Assembly (NCBI GenBank): GCA_000934665.2
Contig: KZ538191.1
Span: forward strand, 119,010 to 139,009
Source: Catajapyx aquilonaris
Taxonomy: Eukaryota
Length of the DNA: 20,000 nt
Reading direction: 5' to 3'
The position numbers and the translations under genes are program-made. Numbering within the stretch: the stretch's first letter is position 1; every line of letters begins with the position of its first letter. The notes beneath the pieces are model-generated. The model did no database searches. It worked only from the letters and a program-made list of their open reading frames with translations, and was not told the DNA's origin. Below are positions 10,460 to 20,000 of this stretch, piece after piece.

Positions 10460-11229
10460 CGCGGGTGGTTTCATAAGTCATGGCGCCTATTTTTTTAAAT
10501 TCTAAAACTGTAACACACAAAGAGATGACCTTTGCTGAGGTTTGAATCTCCGCAATTACTATTTCGTCTGATATCTAGATGTTACCCATATCGCAAGGAG
10601 GGCTGGGAAACAAAAGGGGATCGTAACCACCTCCTACCGCACCATTGCCCTAAGACAACCCAAGCCTGACATGCTGGAAGTGATTGGACTCTGCATGCTG
10701 TACACTCAGCAACGGACAACAAGGGAGCTTGCTTTCGAGAGTGAGACAAATCAGAGCACTCTGACCTGACCCATGTGTCAGCCATCGCCACAAACTTTTT
10801 CTTGAATCCATCGCCCTCAATGCAATTGAGTTCCAAGTGAGTGCAAAATGGTGGAATTTTTGCACTCCAAAGAGGAACCAGTGAGGATGCCTAGTTCCTG
10901 AGACCGTTCAGTTTTTCAGAGTCGTAAGCGTAGTGCTCTGACTTGTCCCACACTTGAACGCAAGCTCCTGTGTTGTCCATCGCCGAGTGTCTTGCATGCA
11001 ACGGCTAACATTTGCAAGCGCGTCAAGCTCGGGCCGGCTTATGGTGATGGTGCGGTGGGGGGTCACGATCTCCATTTATTTTCTGGCCCCCCCTTGCGAT
11101 ATGGGCTAAATCTGTATATCAGACCAAATAGTAATCGCAGGAGCTTCAAATCTCAGCAAAGGTCATCTCTGTATGTGTTATCATATTTGAATTTAAAAAT
11201 ACGTGCCATGACTTATGAAACAACCCACT
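10460..11229 (-). mobile_element. Second copy of the deleted mariner-like element (770 bp, no nested MITE)
   Basis: Collinear with 7308-8503 minus the MITE. TIR cgcgggtggtttcataagtcatgg...ccatgacttatgaaacaacccact, flanked by TA. Confidence 0.78.
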
Positions 11230-12239
11230 TAGTTGTCTTTTCTTTACACAGAAGGACACACAGGTGGGACACCTTTCACGTTTATTGTCTGCCAATAGTC
11301 ATAACTCAGCATTGGTTTCCTAGACATGAACAGGTGTGATATCATTTGAATGTGACTTTTGTGAGAAGACATTTACCAACAATTACTTATGAAAGATTCA
11401 AGAAATTTAGTAGACTGACGAAAAACTATATGAATGGAAAAATATGTGGGAAATCGTTTTCATATAAATGCACAGTCACGAGCATAAAGATGTGGAAGGT
11501 AGACCAGAGTCTACCGTCCACATCTTCATGCCCACGACTGTACATTGAAACAACGTGAGAGCACTCCCCTGTCTTACTTGATCACCAGAGACATCACACA
11601 GGTTACAAGGTGTTTCCTAGTGAAACATGCCATTTTTTGATAAGTTTTCATCCGCAACTTGCAAAACTCGTTTGCTTGCTGCATTTCTATCGCAGTTGAT
11701 CTGCTCTGTCAGGGTATATTTCATACGAAGTTATTGTATTTCATGTAATAAAATGTGATCTCGATGTGTGCTTCAGTCATTACTTTCATAAACAGATTAA
11801 TTGACCTTAAGTGTTGAGAAAACACAGAAAATAATTAATTACTTACAGCTGCTGAAAATCGCTGTTCTTTCTCTTAAACGCTATCCGCTCTTATAGCTGT
11901 TTATCTGCTCTTGACTAGCAGTGACGCTACGTTTGACCCCTGCGAAAATGGCCGCCTCCAGTTGGCTTTGTCGAATTATTTTTGTGTGACTGTTGATTTC
12001 CTTTTGACGGATCGAAACCTCGTTCCTGCTCTGGTTTTGCCTTCCGCAGGTCATCATCAGCTGTGGCAGCATCTGGAGGTGTTGAAGTTGGGTTAGAATA
12101 TTGTGGCCTCGGCGGAAGGGAGGTGAATATCTGTGTAGGAAGAAGGGAACGATATTATAAGCTCATCTTTGTATGCAGAAATGCTAGCCCATTTCATAAA
12201 TCATAATCAGTTTATCAGCCTGCATTATATTCTTCCAGA

Positions 12240-13115
12240 ATGTCTTTAGAAGAGGTTATGATCAAAGTTGAGGAAGATGTCACGACGGAGGAGACTTGGC
12301 TGCTGCAGCTGAAAAGAGAAGACGACGTTGGAGAAGGTGAAAGGGAAGACGTGGAGTTAAGGAGAGGGACTGGCAAGGGAGAGGTTAAGTTGGAAGGAGC
12401 AGACGGAGAAGAAGAAGAAGTGGCGGATGTGACAGACTTTTCGGAGGACATTGACGACCCACTTCAAATAGACCCGTGCGGAGTTGGCCGATCTCAGGAA
12501 CACTCATCCTGTCCGACCGAACTTTGCTCTGATGCTGGAGGTGTGCACCAAAGTTTCGCTTATGATTCATGTCCCGAGTCATATCCCACACCTGAGCAAT
12601 CAGTTCTACATGTGAAAACACGTGATACAACCAGTGTGTGTGACACTTGTGACGTGGAATGTTCACCTGCGAATAACACATTAGAGGTGCAAGGTCATGG
12701 AACCTCATTTCCATGTCAATATTGCTCAGAATCTTTTTCTGAGGAGCATTCGTTAAGTTTGCACTTGAAAGTTCATTACATTCCTTGTGATGTGTGCAAT
12801 TGTATGTGTTTAACGGTAAGTGGTTTAATTGAACATAGGAGGACACATGGATTAGTTAAAAAGAAGCCGATTTACGAATGTAATGAGTGTCAACAATCCT
12901 TTTTATCTAAAAGTGGCTTACTTGCACATCAGAAAACACACACAGGCGAGTATCAACATAAGAAAAAACTCAGAGAGGAGAAACGGCTTACAGAAGGGAC
13001 GCAATACGCATGTCCTAGGTGCAATGCTTTCTTTTCATCTAAAGCCAACTTACGTCGCCATAAGAGAGCACGTCACACAGTTACACTTCGTCTCCAAGAT
13101 GTTGCGCGCGTGTGA
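12240..13115 (+). CDS. C2H2 zinc-finger protein ZNF-B3 (291 aa, 4 fingers)
   Basis: Same N-terminal module (IKVEED...DIDDPL), fingers CQYC, CDVC, CNEC (HTGE linker) and CPRC, and a ttccag|aATG acceptor. Confidence 0.85.
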   Translation: MSLEEVMIKVEEDVTTEETWLLQLKREDDVGEGEREDVELRRGTGKGEVKLEGADGEEEEVADVTDFSEDIDDPLQIDPCGVGRSQEHSSCPTELCSDAGGVHQSFAYDSCPESYPTPEQSVLHVKTRDTTSVCDTCDVECSPANNTLEVQGHGTSFPCQYCSESFSEEHSLSLHLKVHYIPCDVCNCMCLTVSGLIEHRRTHGLVKKKPIYECNECQQSFLSKSGLLAHQKTHTGEYQHKKKLREEKRLTEGTQYACPRCNAFFSSKANLRRHKRARHTVTLRLQDVARV

Positions 13116-14292
13116 CTTACTGTATAATGTGCTAAAGGATTTTCTCATAGGAGATATTTAATTGTACACAAAAACAAGAGAAACCTTATACATGCGGTGA
13201 GTGCTGGAAGAGCTGAGAAAAACTTACAAGAAGATGAGAAATCATACCAGTGTGACAGTTTTGTAGCGTTTAGTTTAAAAAAAAAGTTTTCTTGCATCAT
13301 TACACAGAACAACACCTAGTTGAGAACATGCAATGCCATTTGAATGTGATGTTTGTGAGAAGAAAGTTAATCACACTCACTTATTAAAGATTCATTAAAT
13401 ATTTAGCGTACTAATGAAAGACTATTTGAATGCAAAGTACGTGGGAAACCGTTATAATTTAATCGTAATTCAGAACAACCAGTGATCACTCACATGTCTT
13501 ATTCAATCGCCAGAGATAATAATTATCACACAGATGACAGTCCGTTTCCTTATGCCATATGTTCGATCCATTTTTTGATCAGTTTTCATCTGCAACTTTG
13601 CAAAACTCGTTCGCTTGCTGGTTTTGAATAGTGTGTGACAAAGTTGGTCCGTCCGTGTGGGGTCTTCTTAAATTATTGTACAGGACTTCGTGGAATAAAT
13701 GTAATCTTTACCTGTGCTTCGGTCATTACTTTCAGAAACAAAATAATTAACATTAAATGTTCACAATGCAAAACCCAGTGTTTCCCATTAATTCTGTTCT
13801 GGTATTGCATACAGCACAGCCTGACTCCATGGTAAACATATTTAACAAAATTCAATCACTGTTGATGCCATGGGACCACGTCTCCATGGAAAACCCGTTG
13901 CCATTGTGACCAAACCTGGACAAACAAACAAACAAGACTTGTCTAAAAAAAAATCATGAATAATATTAATGAAACAACGTAATCATTTCAATTATACCAG
14001 AAAGCATACAAAAACATTTACATTGTGTGTAGGCCTAAATATTTTTCTTACAGCTACTGCATGTCGCTGTTCTTTCTCTTAAACGCTATTCCGCTCTTAC
14101 AGCCAGTTATATCTCCTCCAGTGGACCTGTCAATTTGTTTTTGTAAGCTTTTGATTTCCTCATTATGAATGATCGAAGCGTCTTTCCTGCTCGTTTTTTT
14201 TTTTTTGCCTTACCTCAGTCATCATTAACCTGCCACAGCATCTGGAAGTGTTGAAGTTGGGTTGTCCTCGGCTGAAAAGGAAGGTGAATATT

Positions 14293-15262
14293 GAAGGGTG
14301 GCCTGCAACAACGTTAGAAGTACCAAAAAAAGGAGACAGCTTCATTTGTTCCATCAATTCTGGATAATAAACATGAGAAAGAAGTAAGAAACACTCTGCT
14401 CTTTCTCTAGGGTCATTCTGCAACAAGGTTGGATGTGCCTCCCATATGAGAGGGCAGTCCTGAACATGGCGGATGCTCCGTCGCCAACCAAGAGCCCTTT
14501 GCGGACAGCCAAACCTCACACCAGGAAGCGTAACGTTGCAAAGAACCTCCGGAACAGTGGGCGGCCGTACATATCCAGTCGCAACCAGGAAAAGGAGGGG
14601 AAGCAGCCTCCCTCTGTTACCCATAAGGTAAGTTTTGTTGTTTGTATAATATCGGGGAGGGAGGATGGAAATAAGAAGCTGCTGATTCTGGGAATGACAT
14701 TCTCTCCATGTCTACAGGCTTGTTCATGTTATTTCGACTGCGGTGGTGCGACCTTGCCCTACCGCGATGAGCTGTTCCATTTTTCTATGGCTTACAGGGC
14801 TATAATGATCAGCAATGTCATCCCTAATTGAGGTATGTACTTATAGTGAGCACTAAATTCAAATTTTAAATGTATCGTTTCCATCGCATTACTAACTTGA
14901 ACTTCTTGAATCAGATTTGTGGCATAAAACGGCTTCGGTATGGTACCTACTATGACCCTGCCAATAGCCGTCGTCAGAGTACCTAAGCATATCACCTACC
15001 TCTTCCAGGCGGTGAGAGACGACATGTTTGTCAGGCAACATTCTGCAGCACATTTGGCGTAACAGCACGACGAGTACAGCTGCTAATTAGGAAAATGAAA
15101 GCCTACGACCTCAGTCCAAAGGATCAGAGGGGGAAGAAAAGGTACAGAGGGAAGAATGCTGACAAAATGGAATGTATTGCTCATTCCCTGCTGAATGTAG
15201 TCATTATTCACGACATGGATAATCCTAACAAGAAAATTTCGTGTCTGAAGTGAACCAGGTTG
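14293..15262 (+). mobile_element. Degenerate Sola1-like transposase fragment with spliceosomal introns, inserted in the 5'UTR intron of ZNF-B4
   Basis: About 970 bp absent from paralogous introns. Conceptual splicing (14628-14717 and 14833-14914, GT-AG) links RKRNVAKNLRNSGRPY, CSCYFDC, VCQATFCSTFGVTARRV, DQRG and SFPAECSHYSR, motifs I recall from Sola1 transposase N-termini. It contains a stop and frameshifts. Boundaries are approximate. Confidence 0.62.
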
Positions 15263-15401
15263 TACTTGAGTTCAGCTTTGTATGTACAGATTTCTGTGCT
15301 TGTATGTAGATTTTAGCTAATCAAAGTACGAACAGTCCTGCCATCATACTATTAGTCAATATTGGGGCGTACCAATTACCTACACTATATTTTCTTCCAG
15401 G

Positions 15402-16350
15402 ATGTCTTCAGAAGACGTGATGATCAAAGTTGAGGAAGATGCGAGTGTCATAACGGAGGAGACGTGGATGCTGCAGATGAAAAGAGAAGACGAGGATGGA
15501 GGAGATGCATGGGAAAACATGGCGGTAAAGAGAGAGACCGTCAAGGAAGAGGTTAAGTTGGAAGAAGCAGACGAAGAAGAAGAAGAAGTGGCGGATGTGA
15601 CAGACTTTCCGGAAGACATTGACGACCCACTTCAAATAGACCCCGGCAAAGTTGGCCAATCTCATCAAGACTCGTTCTCATCCTGTCTGACCTAGCATTG
15701 TTCTGACCATGCGAAACCTGTGACCAAAGTTTTGCCCATGCTGCATGTCCCAAGTTGTATCCCACATGGCCACACATGATCATTTTGTTTTACATCAGAA
15801 AACACATCACACAGCCAGTGTGTGTGACATGCGTGTTGTGGAATGTACACTTATTGCGAATGACACATTAGCACACGAGGAAGTGTAGTGTGAGGAAACC
15901 GTGTTTAAATGTAAATATTGTGCAGAATCATTTTCTGAGCAGCATTTGTTAAATTTGCACCTGATGGAACTTCATTGCCATCGTTGTGATCTGTGTGATC
16001 GCTTATGTGGAACCAAAGGTGGTTTAGCTATTCATCGGAGGATACATGCAGTTGATAAACATAAGCCTACATGTGAGGAACATATGCGTGTCCTAAGTGC
16101 AAAATTTCCTTTACATCTCTAATCAACCTACGTCAACATCATACGAAAACACACATTGTTACCCTTCGACTCCAAGATGTTACATAGGTTACGTGCTGAA
16201 GAATTTCCTCATAAGAGGGATTTAATATGTGTAGACGTTAGATGGTTAGAACATATGAGCACTCGCACATGTTACTTGACCACCAGAGATGTCGCACAGG
16301 TGACAACCCATTTCCCTGTGAACCAAGCCGCATGTTTGATCAATTTTTAG
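15402..16350 (+). pseudogene. ZNF-B4 pseudogene
   Basis: The homologous N-terminus ends at an in-frame TAG (15693-15695; GAA in ZNF-B3). The fingers (CKYC, CDLC) lie in another frame (15901-16122), with further decayed fingers after. Confidence 0.8.
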
Positions 16351-16790
16351 ATCAGCTTTCATCCGCAGAATTATTCAAAACTAGGTCCGCTTGCTGTGTT
16401 TGAATATGACAGTTGCTCCATTCCTTCAGGGTCTATTTTGTGTGCAATTACTGCATTTCTAATCAAAAATGTGATCTTTGTGTGTCCTTCGCTACTTTTA
16501 TAAGCAGATTAATTAAACGTTCACTAAACCGAACTCATCCTGTTCTGGTAAGCCATGCAACCTGTTGTTCACACAGCCTGTTTCCATAGTAAAAGTTCAA
16601 TCGTTGTTGATACCAACCCATTGCCGTGGCAGCCAAACCTGGACAGACAAACAAGCAAATCTAACAACGAAAATTAGTGAATAAATGACTAGTGCAGTTG
16701 ACGTAATCATCCCAGTTATGACAAGAGTGCTGAGAAATTAACAGGTACTCAATTTCTGGTGTTTTAAATAAATTTTTAAACCAACATTGC

Positions 16791-17054
16791 GATAGCAAAT
16801 AACGGATAGCGCTTTTTGCAATCGCCGCTACCTGCACTGTTGCAGTAGCCGTTTTTTTATATTAATAAAGAGCGGGTGTTAGCTGCGACGCTACTTCCGA
16901 CCCAACAGAAACGCCGGAAAATGGCGGCTCCCACGGATCCTCTTCCGTCGCCTTCCGCGTCGTCTCATGTCGATTCGGCCTAGATCCGCGAGCCTCGCCG
17001 CCTCTCTTCGGGTTGTCTGACGCCTTCCTAGCAGTGCAACAGGCCCAGCCAGCC
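16791..17054 (+). promoter_or_regulatory. Putative RTRAF promoter/5'UTR with YY1/Pho-like AAAATGGCGGC
   Basis: CpG-rich region directly upstream of the ATG, with AAAATGGCGGC at 16918. Confidence 0.55.
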
Positions 17055-18422
17055 ATGTTCCGACGGAAGCTGAGCGCCTTGGACTATCCACAGGCGGACA
17101 CGTTCGACGCAAACGGTGAGCATGGAACAAAAACGGGAACGAGTTTGTTCGAATAGACATTAAAACAGGCAGTAACCAGCCTTCTATCTCTTTATTATTT
17201 GTACATATAAAATGCAAAGTTTGTCCAGGTTAGGGTTTCATGGCAACAGGTTACCTTGGAAGCTCATTAACATGGCAACAGGTTAACACTGAAACGCATT
17301 AGCATGGCAGCAGGTTACCTTGGAAGTTCATTAACATGACAACAGGTTAACACTGAAACGCATTAGCATGGCAACAGGTTAACTTGGAAGCTCATTAACA
17401 TGCCAACAGGTTAACTTGGAAGCTCATTAACATGCCAACAGGTTAACTTGGAAGCTCATTAACATGCCAACAGGTTAACATGGCATTAACCTGTGAGTTG
17501 TTGGCTATATCATTTTTGCTGATGATGTTTGTTTCTGTTGGAATAGATCAGGCTCAGTTCCGCGGCCTGATTGTTTGGCTGGAAGACCAGAAGATACGGC
17601 ACTACAAGATAGAGGATCGGGCGGGACTGCGCGACGTGGCGGCCGCCAACTGGAAGGAGGCGTTTCAGGGGTACCTGTCCAACGTGGCCTGCCCTTTTGC
17701 TGCTGATCAGGTGTCGCAGGCGCAGGTGCTGGAGTGGATCCTTGGATTTGCGGTGCGGTTGGATTACGGGGACAATGGTAAGTGCTTCATGCGCATTAAC
17801 TGACAAACTGTTAATATTGGACTAACTTGCATTACAGTGGAGAAGATCAAGAATGACCTTGATTCGAAGCGTAAGAAGGACCCAGTGAATTCGCCTAAGG
17901 TTGTCACCGCAAATGTTTTGGACAAACTTGATTGTAAGTATGGGTAACGTTTGGAATGTGGAGGCAATGGTTAATCTTGCTTTCTAATTACAAGTTGGCA
18001 GCAATGAGTTCAAGAACGGTGTGAACAGCCTGGCACAAATCCTGGGGGTGAAGCAGCATCCGGACCACCTGGTGACTCTCAGAGCGGTCACTCACCTGGT
18101 CAAGACCCGTCTGTCGAAGGATGCCCTGCAGCACCCAGAAGCTTTTCTAGTCGAAGTGAGTTCTTTAACACGCAACAAACCGATACCAGATATGAATCCA
18201 TGATATTTTTTTTTGCAGGGGAAGCCATTCCCGCTTCAAGAGACAGACCTTGGGTTTGACTGCGGCGACTACGTTTTGAATCAAGCGGCCAAGATCCTCC
18301 GCCTTTTGTACATCCATGACCTGAGATCCCTCCAGACAAAGATAAACGAGTGCATCGTGGCCGTACAGAACCTGACGGCCAACCCCAAGACCGACACGCG
18401 TCTGGGGAAAGTTGGAAAATGA
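17055..18422 (+). CDS. RTRAF: RNA transcription, translation and transport factor (CGI-99/C14orf166/CLE, tRNA ligase complex subunit); exons 17055-17115, 17547-17777, 17838-17933, 17995-18155, 18219-18422; 250 aa
   Basis: The spliced product MFRRKLSALDYP...FRGLIVWLEDQKIRHYKIEDR...WILGFAVRLDYGDN...LRLLYIHDLRSLQTKINECIVAVQNLTANPKTDTRLGKVGK matches the family as I recall it. All introns are GT-AG, and the exons total 753 nt in frame. Confidence 0.95.
17235..17485. repeat. Minisatellite of ~32-bp units (~7.5 copies) in RTRAF intron 1
   Basis: CATGGCAACAGGTTA(A/C)CTTGGAAGCTCATTAA units alternate with CATGGCAACAGGTTAACACTGAAACGCATTAG variants. Confidence 0.9.
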
Positions 18423-18860
18423 ATCAAAACGGCAATAAAGATGACCACTGGACAACTACAGTTCAAGAAAAAAAGGGTTCCATTTCACTTTGTCCAGACC
18501 CAAATATTCTTCACAATTGTGTGAACTTTCCAGGGATGTTGGGCAACTGTTGTAAACATTACTGCGCACCTTATTCCTGATTATTAATTTATTGTTTCAA
18601 GGTTATTACTCGTAGCTGTTAAGGTCGCTGCTATTCCTCGTTATGCGCGATCGCCGTAGCCGTCTGTGAATAGCGTTTGTAGCTGTTACGCGATTCGGCC
18701 CTCGCCGCCATTTTCCAAGATGGCGCCTTTCACCGACCGATAATGTGACAATTTTAATTGATGACTTTCCAGTTGCACGCCCCTAGCGGCCAAATTTGGC
18801 CTGCCATCAAAATGGCGGCGTTAGTTATGCAGAGGCGGGATTTTCCTATCCCTGCCCATG

Positions 18861-20000
18861 TTAAATGGCCTCTGCTTGCTCGCGTCTGGGGGTCTGGCCC
18901 CGGGGCAGATCCTGTTGACATATTTTTTTGTGGAGTGAAGAGGTTCCTGGCCTACCCTCACCAGGTTCCAAAAGTTAATTGGCCCCCGGGCGGACTGGCC
19001 CCGGAGTTATTTCGTGAATGGTGATCGCGCTTTTCTAGATGCTGTCCGGGCTCCGATTGTCCGCGTCTGGGGGTCTGGCCCCGGGGCAGATCTTGTTGAC
19101 ATATTTTTTTCTGGAGTGAGGAGGTTCCTGGCCTGCCCTCACCAGGTTCCAAAAGTTAATTGGCCCCCGGGCGGACTGCCACCGGAGTGATTTTGTGAGT
19201 GCGAGTTTCTCATTTCTAATATCCGGTCTCTTTATTGTCCGCGTCTGATGGTTTGGCCCCGGGGCAGATCTTGCTGGGTTTTTTTTGAGTGACCAGAGAC
19301 CGGACCTTCCCTTTTACCAGGTGCCTGAAGTGAATCGGCCCCGAGGCGAAGTGCCCCCGGACCCGGAGTGGTTTTCTTTTATGGTGGTGACAGCGCTTTT
19401 CTCATTATTGCGTATATATCTGGGCTCCGATTGTTTGCGTCTGACGGTTTGGCCCCGGGGCAGATCTTGCTGAGGATGAACCCTTTTGACTATGTGTGAG
19501 TTTGTAGCTTGCTCATTTTAAAAAAATCTGTCATATGTTCTATAATAAATGTTTGCAATATACGATTGTACCGTATATACGTGCATATTTTTGCAACAGT
19601 TCTGTTATGCTGGGAGTGTAATGTGACACTGTAATTTATGAAATTAGTGGAACCATTTAAAAAATGCTCAGCAAGCTCTACCACGGGGTCAAACCACCAG
19701 ATGCGGACAATCGGAGCCCAGATTATGAGAAAAGCTCTGTCACCACTATAACAAAATCACTCCGGGTCCGGGGGCACTTCGCCTCGGGGCCGATTCACTT
19801 CAGGCACCTGGTAAAGTCCGGTCTATGTTCACTCAAAAAAATAACCAGGAAGATCTGCCCCGGGGCCAAACCATCAGAAGCGGACAATAAAGAATATTAC
19901 AGTAATGAGAAACTCGCACTCACAAAATCACTCCGGTGGCAGTCCGCCCGGGGGCCAATTAACTTTTGGAACCTGGTGAGGGCAGGCCAGGAACCTCCTC
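18861..20000. mobile_element. Foldback-type element: long inverted arms made of ~180-bp tandem subrepeats; right arm runs off the window
   Basis: Subrepeats start at 18881, 19062, 19240 and 19436. 19684-20000 is the reverse complement of ~19118-19457, with an AT-rich spacer at ~19475-19683. The left end is uncertain. Confidence 0.75.

Noticed and set aside
1498..12846. Numerous minus-strand ORFs overlapping the ZNF CDSs (Ser-rich etc.)
   Set aside because: They are antisense shadows of Glu-rich coding sequence, repeated only because of the duplications.
17235..17485. CRISPR-like array
   Set aside because: Eukaryotic intron, no unique spacers and no cas genes. It is a plain minisatellite.

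Overview
Eukaryotic DNA, probably arthropod (inferred from short GT-AG introns, KRAB-less C2H2 genes and invertebrate-type transposons). Positions 1-16.4 kb hold a head-to-tail (+ strand) tandem cluster of C2H2 zinc-finger paralogues: the tail of one upstream copy, five intact ORFs and one pseudogene, in two subfamilies. They have acidic, psi-K-x-E-rich N-termini and no recognisable KRAB or ZAD domain. The cluster is interrupted by a tRNA-derived SINE, two copies of an internally deleted mariner-like element (one with a nested MITE) and an intron-containing Sola-like transposase fragment. A complete 5-exon RTRAF (CGI-99/C14orf166) orthologue follows, with an intronic minisatellite, and then a foldback-type long inverted repeat built from ~180-bp subrepeats. 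The most notable points are: one ZNF is a promoter/CDS chimera with a mappable 34-bp crossover; substitutions between paralogues fall preferentially on DNA-contacting residues; and the ZNF promoters resemble the RTRAF promoter collinearly. All alignments were done by eye.
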